A DNA stretch of 50,791 nt from Girardia tigrina (GCA_001938485.1 MQRK01243438.1:19233-70023); one strand, 5' to 3'. Positions 12,901 to 24,044 are shown, numbered from the stretch's first letter. Numbers and translations: made by a program. The notes: a model not told the origin generated them from the letters alone.

Positions 12901-13532
12901 AATATATTTCTGTTGAAATTAGAATCAATTTTGTTTTATTAAACTTTTTTAATTATTTTATTTTAATTAATTTAATTTTTAATAATTATTTCCCATTGAT
13001 TGACAATCTCAAGCCAGTGGAGACCATAACCAACACCTCCCTAATATTCAGTCAATAAATAGTCGAACTTTGTATCTGCGTATTGGAGATCGTCTTGATG
13101 CTGAACATGGTCTTGGCGGGGCTGTCGCTAGCGCCCGAAGTCTTCGTTATCACAGCGAAATCATCTCCGGAGTCCTCATCATCATAATCGATCGTATTTG
13201 TCGATTGGAAATTTTCTTGAACGATATTTTTATCATTTTCATTCTCAAAATTATCTGATTCGATTTCCTTCGTTCTGTATTTACCGAGATCAAGAGAGAC
13301 ACACGTAATTACATATAAACACATTAAAAAAATTTTAATCGTAATAAAAACAGAATTGAAATTTTATTAAAAAGAAAAAAATTATCAAATAGAATACAGA
13401 AAAACGAACCCGTCATCGATGGACGATTTGTCCACGAGAATCTCTTCTGAATCGATGAAAAACAATTAATATTATCATGTAAAATACGAAATAATCAAAT
13501 ATACCGTCTTTAGTGACGCTTGAAACTTCCAT
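388..13532 (-). CDS. FIP1L1: Pre-mRNA 3'-end-processing factor FIP1 (FIP1L1 orthologue), 7 exons: 13532-13505, 13446-13410, 13274-13069, 6048-5813, 1603-1363, 1297-976, 922-388; 534 aa
   Basis: Fip1 motif ([31 protein letters not shown]), acidic N-terminus, Pro/Gly-rich middle and RE/RS-rich C-terminus. All six introns are GT-AG with matching phases (1,2,1,0,1,2). Total 1605 nt ending in TGA. Extra hidden exons cannot be excluded. Confidence 0.9.
976..1297 (-). CDS. FIP1L1: FIP1 exon 6 (Pro/Gly-rich)
   Basis: Within ORF 972-1346; phase-consistent splice sites. Confidence 0.85.
1363..1603 (-). CDS. FIP1L1: FIP1 exon 5
   Basis: Acceptor ttttttcag, open frame [10 protein letters not shown]...IDVISS..., donor GTGTGA. 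Confidence 0.85.
1955..2999. mobile_element. piggyBac-like non-autonomous element carrying a RING-finger fragment
   Basis: TTAA-CCCTTTTACTGC ... GCAGTGAAAGGG-TAAA: inverted termini with TTAA-type flanks; no transposase motifs seen inside. Confidence 0.7.
2428..2714 (-). pseudogene. TRAF-like RING finger N-terminal fragment (frameshifted)
   Basis: DRNRF...[32 protein letters not shown] joined by a frameshift to ...[10 protein letters not shown]...[12 protein letters not shown]; RING Cys spacing and flanks resemble TRAF N-termini. Confidence 0.6.
3158..3620 (+). mobile_element. Degenerate mariner (Mos1-like) transposase 5' fragment
   Basis: [12 protein letters not shown]...EQAVSEQLK...[15 protein letters not shown]...ICEQ...HRSVTKDHK aligns by eye to the mariner HTH/WVPHEL/TGDEKW regions; many stops. 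Confidence 0.65.
3900..4262 (+). mobile_element. Degenerate IS630/Tc1-like transposase fragment
   Basis: [35 protein letters not shown]...AARSRHIT motifs across frameshifts. Confidence 0.7.
4326..5439 (+). mobile_element. MULE/Mutator element, 5'-truncated (C-terminal transposase ORF 4373-5068 plus 3' terminus)
   Basis: [16 protein letters not shown] and [14 protein letters not shown] motifs; subterminal TTTAAATGTC repeats ending CATGTAACC at 5439. Confidence 0.9.
5440..5700 (+). mobile_element. Penelope-like retroelement GIY-YIG endonuclease fragment, probably continuing from 4263-4325 and split by the MULE
   Basis: [28 protein letters not shown]...IAEHNLKC...DFKILC. Confidence 0.85.
5813..6048 (-). 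CDS. FIP1L1: FIP1 exon 4 (Fip1 domain)
   Basis: Canonical Fip1 motif; acceptor ttccag, donor GTTAGA. Confidence 0.95.
8829..8872 (-). ncRNA. Minimal type I hammerhead ribozyme (Penelope-type)
   Basis: AATCGC-CTGATGA-TGACGG(TTATT)CCGTA-GAAA-TATA-TT-GCGTT: core boxes, stem II, palindromic stem III and CGC/GCG stem I; AATAAA immediately downstream. Confidence 0.65.
8879..9464. mobile_element. Non-autonomous TIR DNA transposon (MITE-like), superfamily unassigned
   Basis: Imperfect TIRs ATGTGACCGCAGCTGAGAAAAGGGACCA / TGGTCCATATTGTCAGCTTTGGTCACAT with TA-rich flanks. Confidence 0.75.
9866..9914 (+). ncRNA. Second, degenerate hammerhead copy in the inverted pLTR
   Basis: CTGATGA-TGGCGG(GTAT)TCGTC-GAAA-TATA-TT; stem II kept via G-U pairs, stem I pairing lost. 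Confidence 0.5.
10306..11253 (+). mobile_element. Internally deleted piggyBac element
   Basis: TTAA TSDs; TIRs CCTTCTAGCGGGCGCGC / GCGCGTCCGCTGGAAGG; C-terminal transposase remnant 10600-11015 ([16 protein letters not shown], Cys-rich domain). Confidence 0.9.
11975..12660. mobile_element. Tc1-like foldback relic
   Basis: Right end ATAATTAAATGGACCTCACTG-TA with repeated AAATGGAC motifs; degenerate left copy GTCCATTAAATTAT; contains a long internal palindrome. Confidence 0.45.
12112..12417. repeat. Near-perfect AT-rich palindrome (about 150-bp arms, 10-nt spacer)
   Basis: 12112-12260 is the reverse complement of 12271-12417 with few differences. Confidence 0.9.
13069..13274 (-). CDS. FIP1L1: FIP1 exon 3 (acidic region)
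   Basis: Within ORF 13052-13324; [14 protein letters not shown] resembles the FIP1 acidic segment; acceptor tacag, donor GTTCGA in phase with exon 4. Confidence 0.8.
13410..13446 (-). CDS. FIP1L1: FIP1 exon 2
   Basis: Acceptor ttcag, donor GTTCGT, phases match both neighbours. Confidence 0.7.
13505..13532 (-). CDS. FIP1L1: FIP1 exon 1 (MEVSSVTKD)
   Basis: ATG at 13532, donor GTATAT, 58-nt intron to exon 2. Confidence 0.7.
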
Positions 13533-14061
13533 TTAGCATTAAGTTCGATAAATTCAATTTTAGTGTCAACAGATTCGGTAAATTAAAACAAAATATAATT
13601 TTATTATTTTAGGGGGTTGAATGAAATATTTTATGAAATTAATTTTTTTATCAAAGAAAATATGATACGAGTTTAATTGGAATATTTTTGTTTAGATATT
13701 TAATTTTTAAAGTACTGGATTTTTAGTTAATTAATTGTTTTGATTTAATGGTAAACTTGAAAAAAAAATTTGATTCATAAAAATTTGTTATTCTTAGGAG
13801 TTTGATTTGTTACTTAAAAATTTTACAACCTTTATGAATTAAAAGAAAGTATATTTTTTACAAAAATTACTAACGTTTAATTTTATAATAATATATATTT
13901 AAAACATTAATATGTTTTCCGATATTTGTATTATTATTAATTAATTCAAAATGCCCTCAATTAACAAAATTCTTGTCTCTACGCGTCGTTCATATATATA
14001 TATATATATATNNNNNNNNNNNNNNNNNNNNNNNNNNNNNNNNNNNNNNNNNNNNNNNNNN

Positions 14062-14109
<48 letters not shown>

Positions 14110-14164
14110 GAATCGATTCGACACGTTAGTATCCTTTTTACACTATTTACTAGAAATTGAATTA

Positions 14165-16379
14165 CAGGGTTTTCCATTCAGTTTTGATATATTTGCATAT
14201 GATCTTCACAATTTATCAAATGGTTTTGAATTTATAAACTAATTTAATTTTTTTAATTTGGATTTTTAATGATATAAAAAACATTTTAAAATTTTTGTTA
14301 GTTAACATATATTAAATATGTTTTTATATGAAATTAAATATTATTATTTTATTGAATAATATAGGGATATTAATGTTTATGTTTAAAAGTTATATTCATC
14401 GAGTGTTTAGCATATTATAGTCATGTGCTTCTTAACAATATGTGTAGATAAAGAAGATACGATTGATGAATAATAAATTCTATATATTTAGTTCATGTAC
14501 ATTATTTTTTTATTTTGAATTATTTTTGTTAAATTTAAGTAATTCTGTAAAAAATTATTGTTTTTTATAGTACAGTAGGTATTGCATATATACCATTCGT
14601 CTATATGCAATTATTGCATATATGCAACTTTTCCTGAACCATATAGACGAATTGCATATAGGCAATACCTACAGTAAAGATTTGCTTATATGCAAGTTCG
14701 TCTACGTGGAAGTTTTTTTGCGGCACCAAGCGACTTGCATATAGACAATATCTACTGTATTAGAATTCGAAAAAAATAAAGAGATTGAAAATTTTTCAAA
14801 ATATATAAAAGAATTATTAAATTTATTTAAATAAATAAGTATTTGAAACATAAATTTCGTTGAGTGTCTTTTATTTTCCTCTTAAATTACGAGGTTTATT
14901 TACAGTAAAAATACTATATAAAGACAATAAATTATTAACAAAGAAATGATTAAAATGTTGGGGTATCGAGGTGATTAAAAAGATTAAAAGAAAATTAAAC
15001 AAGAAATTGTTTTTAATAAAAGAAATATTTAATTAAAATTTTTTCAAAGGAAATCATAACAAGTTTTAAATCTATACCTTGATTGATAAGGATTTTAAAT
15101 AGATGTCGGAACAACTAGTATCCACGTAATCAATTTAACTATATTAAAACATGTTGAATTTAATATATAAAATATAAAATTCAATAATGGTTTTTACCAA
15201 TTTTCAATTTGTTCAACCCTCTTCTTTTAAAGAGTAAGTTCCTTCGCTTATATATTAATAAGTGACCAAGATGTTTATTTCGCCTGTTAGGCCACTATGT
15301 CAGCACTTTAACAGTTTAATCCACCTAAGAAGATAATAATATATAATTTGGACTTTTATACTTCGTATTAAGTCTTTATGTTCGTTAATTAAATAATTAA
15401 AGTCGACTAAACCATATTCTTGAGGTCCTTACCTTTATCCTTTCCTTTATCCTTTCCATGATTTTTTAATCTTTCATTTTAAAATCTCTCTTTATAGTAA
15501 TCTTCTACTTTTAATTTAACTTTATTTATGATTTTCATTTTATTGTTTACATCATTCTTATAAATATTCTTCTTTTCTTATTCCTTTTATATACCATTTT
15601 TTATCTTTATTAATCTTTATTTATATTTATTTCATATTTAATTTTGTGAAAGAGTAAATAATTTTTTACTCCTTAATTAAAATAAATTATCATTTAAAAT
15701 TTAATTCAATCCTTTAACCTCAACAAAAATAAGCGATAACTGATTTTTTGTTAAACTGGGAATCTTATCAGCTACGCAGAATATTGATTTTAATAAAAAG
15801 GTTTTATTTATTATACTTAACAGTATAATGATAATGCAATTGTTTTGTTATTCTCGTTTTTTTTCATTTATGCTCATATGTCACTACTTGCTATCACATG
15901 TTATTATTTGTTTTATTAACGATTCGATCAAAACATTCATTTTTACCCGTCTTTTTTATAAATGGAAAAAACTAAAGTTTTCAAATTGTAAAATAAACTT
16001 TTATTTTTGGATAACATTTGTTATTTTTTTAGATCATTAAATTCCATATAAATGAATTTCTAATATATTTTATGTAAAAATGCGATTCGTGTATGAATAA
16101 ATTTTATTAGTTTTGTTCTATTATTCAAAGATTCTTAGACCTACCTTTGAAACATAAGTTTTCATATAACTATATTATTCAATAAAATAATAAAATTTAA
16201 TTTCATACAAAAACATGTTTAATATATTTTGACTAACAAAAATTAAAAATATTGTGTATTTTATTGAAAAGCAAATTAAAAAAAATTAAATGTGCTAAAA
16301 TTATTTTATAAATTGTCAAAATCATTTGAAACATCGTCAAACTGTATGAAAAAGTTTCAAAATTGAATAGAAAACCATG
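14165..16379. mobile_element. Tc1/mariner-type non-autonomous element with long (about 230 bp) diverged TIRs
   Basis: TA-CAGGGTTTTCCATTCAGTTTTGA ... TCAAAATTGAATAGAAAACCATG-TA; inverted homology 14165-14400 / 16140-16379. Confidence 0.7.
14573..14757. mobile_element. pogo/Tigger-like MITE
   Basis: TA-CAGTAGGTATTGCATATA ... TATAGACAATATCTACTG-TA with an additional internal TIR copy. Confidence 0.8.
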
Positions 16380-16391
16380 TAGTTGAGATTA

Positions 16392-17071
16392 CTACCTAAA
16401 TTCATATGTATTCGGACACGTAAAATAATTCTTATTAAAAATTTTAAATTATAAATAATATGTACTTATTTGTTTTATAGATGAACTAATTTGATATTTT
16501 ACGATAATCTAAATACAATTCTAATATAATTTGAAGAAATCAAATAAAAAAGTTAACTAATAAAAATTTTATTCGCATTTAAAAATTTGTTCTCAAATTC
16601 AAATGAATTCGGAGATCTGCTTTTCAGTTCAAAAGAATTCGGACACTTAATAAAAATTATAATATAAATGTAGGCAATGAATTATTTTAAATTCAATATG
16701 GATTATTAGTAAAAACACATGTAGTTATTATTGTTTAAGTATTTCAGTCGATTAAATTTTCGTTATTTTTAAAATATGGTTCGTGGAAAAATGATGCATA
16801 CGGAAATGCGTGAGAAAATATTTGCCATGCATGTTAAAGGAAAATCAGTAAGGGAAATTTCAAAAATTTTAGAGATAATTAATAAGAATTTTAGTTACTT
16901 AACTTTTTTATTTGATTTCTTCAAATTATTTTAGAATTGTATTTAGATTATCGTAAAATATCAAATTTAATTCATCTATAATACAAATAAGTACATATTA
17001 TTTATAATTTAAAATTTTTAATAAGAATTATTTTACGTTATAATAATTATAATACATATGAATTTAGGTAG
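16392..17071 (+). mobile_element. Internally deleted Tc1 element (IR/DR type)
   Basis: TA flanks, about 180-bp TIRs, repeated ATTCGGA motifs, HTH start MVRGKMMHTEMREKIFAMHVKGKSVREISKILEI at 16776. Confidence 0.85.
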
Positions 17072-17711
17072 TATAAATCAATTTATTCATTTATTAATTT
17101 ACGAGAAATTTTAACATTAAATATAACTTTATGTAAAATTAGTTTCAGATAATAAGAATTAAAATAATAATTATCCATATAAGTAGGAAAAGCACAATCC
17201 AAAATGAATACAATTGATTTTGATTTATGTAAAAGAGCTAACTGAAAACGTGTTTCAGTGAACTCCTTTAACGTAACAAAAAATAAAGATAAATATATAT
17301 AGAACTTTTATTTTTATACAATATAAATAAACATATATAACAAAAAAATCACATACGAGAGAGAGAATTGCATGGATAAATCTCGATTTCGATTAGTGTT
17401 TATTGTTCTAAGGTGTCAAAGGAACGACCTTCTGTTGTAACAATGCCAATGGAAACGTCAGAGAATCATTTGGTTGCACAACGAGATTTTGAGGAAATAG
17501 ATTATATGAAGAGATGCACTTTCAGGGGAAATAATAATCCAACAGCGATATAACGATTCTTCGGTACGGTGAATATCGACACTGGACGCTCGTTCTATCG
17601 CAATCGCTGATTTCGTGAATTTCTGATCGGTTTATGAAAAATCCGTATAGAAAATTCCCAATACTCACAAGGATACCGATAAATAATATTAATATCGATT
17701 TATTTATCTAT

Positions 17712-17749
<38 letters not shown>

Positions 17750-17860
17750 CAGTGGTTCTCAACCCGTGTTCCGCGGCACATCAGTGTTCCGCGAATCCGC
17801 TTTCAGTGTTCCGCGAAAATATCTACATTTTATCTTTAAATTTGCATTTAAGATACAAAT
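17750..17860 (+). mobile_element. hAT (Charlie-like) element terminus running into a gap, preceded by a (TATC)n microsatellite
   Basis: CAGTGGTTCTCAACC TIR with GTGTTCCGCG subterminal repeats. Confidence 0.7.
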
Positions 17861-18220
17861 NNNNNNNNNNNNNNNNNNNNNNNNNNNNNNNNNNNNNNNN
17901 NNNNNNNNNNNNNNNNNNNNNNNNNNNNNNNNNNNNNNNNNNNNNNNNNNNNNNNNNNNNNNNNNNNNNNNNNNNNNNNNNNNNNNNNNNNNNNNNNNNN
18001 NNNNNNNNNNNNNNNNNNNNNNNNNNNNNNNNNNNNNNNNNNNNNNNNNNNNNNNNNNNNNNNNNNNNNNNNNNNNNNNNNNNNNNNNNNNNNNNNNNNN
18101 NNNNNNNNNNNNNNNNNNNNNNNNNNNNNNNNNNNNNNNNNNNNNNNNNNNNNNNNNNNNNNNNNNNNNNNNNNNNNNNNNNNNNNNNNNNNNNNNNNNN
18201 NNNNNNNNNNNNNNNNNNNN

Positions 18221-18262
<42 letters not shown>

Positions 18263-18665
18263 GGCAAGGGGTTCACTACAATTTGTATATGAAACCTTAA
18301 AATTAATTTAATAGTATGAATATTAGTTCCTTAAAATAGTTTATGAAAATTTAATAGATAGATAATAATTTACTATATTAATTATAAATTATAAAATTTT
18401 TTTTAAAAATTTCTGTACTATGAAGGAGCAAATGGAGAGTTTATTTAATCTTGTATGAAATGATGATATGAATTACAATGAAAATAGAAAACCGATTTAA
18501 GATTTATTATAAAAAATAAAAGATTAAAATTAAATGACAAAAAATTGCTTTTAAAATTAAAAAAAGTATGATATTTGTACTTCCAAATTTGGTAAAGGTG
18601 TTTTTTTAAATACCTCGGATTACTTATAATGAATATAATACAAAATATTTAAATAGCATCATTAA

Positions 18666-21600
18666 TAGGTTAACTGCCATATATAAATTAGAAAAAAATG
18701 CCCTAGAAGCCAAGTACAAAATACTCATAAAATGTATTTTTAAAAGAGTATATCTAAATTTTTATACAAATTTTTAAGAATAGGTAAACTTTTCCAAAAA
18801 ACAGTCGGAGGTCGAAGAGGTTGTGTTATTCGAGTCAGAATTTGTCAAGCAGTGACATGTCAGTCTATTGTGATTTGCATAAGCAACAGTTACAAAGACT
18901 AATCGAAGTAGAAGATCGTTGAACTTGCTTTGAAAGATGCCCAAAAGCAAGGTAATTATTATTCATTTTTTGAAAGATATATTGATAAATTGATATGGAT
19001 CAAAAAATATTGTCTTTTTTTGTATATATGAAAGCATTATGGCAGTTATTTTGATAACGATTTTTCTTATTATTTCAGGTTATAAATTTAGTTTATTTGG
19101 CTCTGATCTTTGCTCAATGTTTTTGCCATCTAGGGATGAAGAAATATTATCGAGTTCAGATTTCCAAGACTCAGAAGGGGGAACAGAATATTCCAAACGT
19201 AAAGCGAAGCTCAAACGTAAATTACAACCCAGTAAAACCATTTCAAAGAAACTGAATACTGGAAAAAAACAAGATTTTGATAAAGTATGCTGTTCCAAAT
19301 AACTTTTGTCTGCTGACGTCTGGCATGAAGAAATCGAAGACCTTGATGCCCCAACCCGTATTCTACCTGATTCTTTGGAAACAAACGGAAAACGATTATT
19401 TACAGATTTGTAAAATAACGGAAATATTTCATCAGAGCGATTGAAAGAATTCTTTGAAGTTGAAACGATAGCCCACACACAACCACCAAATACATAGGAT
19501 ATCCAGCAATCTGAAAATGAGGCTGAACTAAACCAAAACGTTCTTGAGTATACGTGGACGGAATCGGTAGGAAATCATCAAGAATTTCATTACTCCGAGG
19601 AGGGTGGTTTACAGGGAAATTACGCAGTAATACTTATAAATGAATTATTGCCCTATAACTGTTTCCGTACTTTCGTTGACAATGAAATTATTGTGGAGAC
19701 GGTAAATCAAACAAACCAATACGTAACTCAAGTATTGCGCGATTCAAAAGACATAAAGAAGGAATCAAGATTACACCGATGGACTCCAAGTGATAGAAAA
19801 GAAATGATCAAATTTTGGCCCAGTGGCTTACATTGGTTTGGTAAAAATGCCTTCATTGGAGAAGTATTGGATGAATGATGTCCTATATACGAATGTTATT
19901 ATACCAAAAACCATGTCGAGAAATAAGTTTCAATTGCTTCTTAGAATAGGGAATTTCTCTGATAATGAAAGTTTCCCAGAAAGCGACGGTCTATACAAGA
20001 TGAAGCCACTAGCAGAAAAGCTTGTTAAAAACTTTCAAAGGGTCTACACTCCTGGTCGGATGTTTCGTATAGATGAGTCTATTATTCCTTTTCAAGGGCG
20101 ATTGCTATTCAAGCAAAATATTTTATTAAAAACTCATAAGTATGGAGTAAATTTTTTTATAATTATGCAGCCACAATGGGTATAAATGGAACTTACGAAT
20201 ATATGCTGGAAAAGAAAAAAAATGATGGAAACACTTCTGTTCCCACTAATATTGTTATCAACCTCTCAAGGGATCTACTATATGTAGGACGAGCTATAAT
20301 AGCTGATAACTATTATACAAGTCTCGAATTATCAAATATTTTGTTGGACAATAAAACAAATTATACTGGTTCATTGAGAGCTAACCGGCGTGGTAATCCA
20401 TAAGAAGTTTCAGAAAAAGAAATTAAAAAAAGGGGAAGTGTATGGACAAGAAAACGAAAGAGGAGTATGCGTCCTAAATTGGAAAGAGAAGAGTGATGTT
20501 CTTCTTCTCACGCTCCTGAAACCGTAAATGTAGAGCGACGCACTGGTGTGATTCATAAACTGAAGGCAATAATCGAATATAACGATTGAAAATCGTCGAT
20601 TGATCAATCTGATTAGATGACCAGTAATAATTCTACCTTGAGAAAATCCATCAAATGGTATAGGAAACTCGATATAGAATTTATTTTAGGGACAACGCTT
20701 GTAAATTCACATATAATACGCAACCAACTTGCGAATAAAAAAATGAAAATTACAGAGTTCCGAGAAGAATAAGTTATCGTGCTCCCCTTTAAAACAACAT
20801 TAATGATGACACTAAGCCCCCATCCTATTTTCATTAGAGTTCAACGGCAACTCTATCAAACTAAACTAATTATATCTCAATGGGGAGCAGACGCGACTCC
20901 TTTGCTTGCATCAACGAGTTGTGCAAACATTAGAGCGCCTTCGGGTTCTTAACCAGTAACGAAGATGTCCCGACTGGTGGCTGAGCTTCTAGAGGGGATG
21001 ATCGTAACTTTAACGACTCAATTTCTCAAATTCGATTTTATTATCTCACGCCAGACAACGATACCTCAACGAGACAAATGACGGTCAGCCCACGTGTCCC
21101 TATGCATACTATGGTCTGCCTGCATCGTCTCCCTGAGTTCCTTGCCGAGCAGTGCCTTCATCATTAATCATAATTACACTCAGCTACTCCCGTTAACCTA
21201 CTTATATATACACTATATTTAATTACGTTTTACTGTATTCATCATATTCCATCAAATTCTATTACATGTTATTATAACTTTATTATATTCGCTCATCTTG
21301 GGGTCTAATTCGGGATAAAACTAACATCCGATGCGTATCGACTTACGTTTATCACAGAACTACAATTTCTCGATGGATTAATAAAAATAACTTTGATTGA
21401 ATTTTTAAATGACAATTCTACTCGACGCTTTTATCTCAGAAATAGTGAAAACCTTTAATTTAAAAGCTACGATTTCGCCCCTGATCATTGAACTAACTAC
21501 TGATATACAAAGTTATAGAAACGCTACACTCCTTCACTCCAACCATCAAACCAATAAAGATAATTTACAGTTAATACAAAAAGCAGTATTTTATTAAGAT

Positions 21601-23735
21601 GAACAATTTGAGACGCTTATTCTTGGTCAATCAACGATTCTGATTATCATTTCAACTTTACTTTTACCATACGGCATCTCTCTGAAGTTGACGACACCCT
21701 AGTTTATACTTTTGTCACCTTTTAATCGTCGCCTCAAAATTACTTTTCGACTTTAATTCTATTTAATCACCATTTGTAGTCCTAACGAGGACTGTGTCTC
21801 ATTCTCTCTAATTGATATCACGCCGCTCACATTTAAAATCATTAAAATTAGTATATAAGAAAAATAAAATAAGATAAAAAGAAATTTTTATTAGAAATTT
21901 ATTATTAAAAAAAATTTTTTTTGAAAGAAACGTAAGATTTACGAAAAGAATTACCATTACAAAGATTATAAATTAAATTAAAATTTATATCAAATTAAAA
22001 ATAATCCATTACGTTATTACGAAAATCCTTAAACAATTACACACTATTAAATTAATTAATTAAAAAAAAATCATTACAAACGAAGATAATCAAAATTAAA
22101 ACTGTCTGAGAATAATCAAATGTTAAAGATAACACCTAGCGCTAGATATAATGACACTCATTCGATACCGTACTCAAATATTAAAATCATTCAACCTGTA
22201 GAGAACGTCATATAAGAAAGTTTAATTAAATTGTTCATAAAATGATTACTCTGGAAGTATATACAAATATTTACACTGATTCCGTCCATACAATCTGATT
22301 ACGTACCTTAACTCAAGGACCGCATCACTCGATCCCTTGAATACGGAGACGAATCACAATCGTACTTCCGATTCTCAAGTATCATTGAGTCCATCCCGGT
22401 ATCAATCATAACGTTATTAAATAATATTATGAAACGAATCAAAGACATTACTAAGAATAATAAATTATATATTTAATTGAAGTCGATTACCTCAACCGAT
22501 AAATAAAATCGCACCTCTAATTAATAAAATGAAGACATATATAACTTCGGATCACTAACTCAAATAACAAATGATAAAATAATAATTTAAGTCACCAAAG
22601 TCGATTGGTATAAATATGCGAATCAATAACAATTAGATTGAGCCAAAATGAAATAATTAAATTAAGCCAGAGTAAATAAATTAGATCACTAGAATTATGA
22701 GCGAAATAATCATTGTGATTAAATAAGCGAATAATACATGATAATTAAATTAAATAAAAAGAAGGTAAATTAAACCCAAAAGTACTGACAATACCTTCTC
22801 TAAACTCTTCTTTAAATTAATGGTAATAATCGTCTTCTCTAATTTCTTCTCCAAATTAACAATAGTATTCGTCGGATAAATAGACTATATTAACGCGAAT
22901 TTGAAAATCGTCTTGCAGCTAATATGTCGTAATACGAATGAAGAATGAATTCGTCTAATGAATAATTTATCGTAAAATAAATGTTAACGAAAGTAGATTT
23001 TTGGATTTGTGGGCAGGCATGTGCAGATTGTGTCGGGTATTTATACCCTACCGCAAGCTTCGCTGGCTCGGCATCCTGTCTTGCGGGTGCAACATCTATA
23101 ATCATGCAGGATGTTCGATGCCAATTCTTTATTCTGCCGACCGTTCATGCCGGATGTTTACCGCGAAGGTAAACAATAGCGAATGCTACGATTTCACATG
23201 GAATTCTCGTGTGAACTTTTAGGTAAATTTTTTAATTAACTTCTTAATTAGTTTCATCTTTGTTTTTCTTTTTAGGTCTTTTCAATGGTCTCTCAAGGGT
23301 TCCTGTCAACGTTTTCCGGCTCCTGGGACCTTCCATCCTACTGCTGGTCCAGCGCATATGAAGGGATTTAAAACTAACGGGCATAATCGAGTTTGATTAT
23401 CCCCACAAACTCTGACAAAACTCTCATACGCGTGGGATAATGTAATGGGTGGAAGGGAGTTACTTAGTGAGGTGTAAAACATGGAATCGTAACAAAGTGA
23501 TATACCTTTTAACTTATGACGAAAATGAGACAAGGCAAATACCATTATATAAAAAAAACAGCACAAATTCTTAATTTGCATAAAAAAGAAGGTCCTTTTG
23601 ACAAAATCAGAAAATATTGTAAAGGTTGTTATGCAAAAAACCTTCGGGAAAAAATAACCAATAATCAAATCAAAAAGGTTGTGACCTATTGTTCTACATG
23701 CGAGATTCATTTGTATCTGGAATGTTATAAGATCA
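18666..23735 (+). mobile_element. piggyBac (PGBD4-like) transposase pseudogene interrupted by the 20775-23494 insertion
   Basis: MSRNKF, IDESIIPFQGR, HKYG, ADNYYTS, GSLRANR, KWYRKL, TEFREE motifs in 19530-20774, resuming at 23499 with the Cys-rich domain RKYCKGCY...TYCSTC. Left end TTAA-TAGGTTAACTGCC is tentative. Confidence 0.9.
20775..23494. mobile_element. Giant solo-LTR-like non-coding element, copy 1 (2.7 kb)
   Basis: TATCGTGCTCCCC (TG changed to TA) ... GGAATCGTAACA; 4-bp TSD AAGT; piggyBac sequence rejoins across it; homologous to 38221-44129. Confidence 0.85.
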
Positions 23736-23960
23736 TCGATCTTGGCTTCATCGATCTATTATTGGTCGATTGCCGATGGAATTCTAACGGAAATCCGGTG
23801 ATCCCGATCATCGAAAATATCTGATCGCGAATCGTCGCCGCAACAGAATCGTTAAAATCGAAATACAAATTATCGAACAGTCGGAGTCTGTGGGCGACAC
23901 GTTTGAGCGGGGCGGACGCGATAATTTACGCGATCGATATCGGTGATACCGGTCATCTCA
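23736..23960 (+). pseudogene. ARF/ARL-like small GTPase fragment
   Basis: RSLWATRLSGADAIIYAIDIGD resembles the ARF-family RSLW..Y..ADAIIYVID.SD segment; CpG-rich like host exons; in-frame stop. Confidence 0.4.
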
Positions 23961-24044
23961 AGTATTTTTAAATGTTTTTGTATACTTAAGCGTTCGTTTT
24001 TGTTACGTGTAGTGCAACATGTTCTTTGTTTTCAATAAAAAATA

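Noticed and set aside
17634-18311. Long ORFs spanning N runs and (TA)n/(TATC)n (also 13941-14242, 25400-26233, 41408-41692)
   Set aside because: Artefacts of gaps and microsatellites
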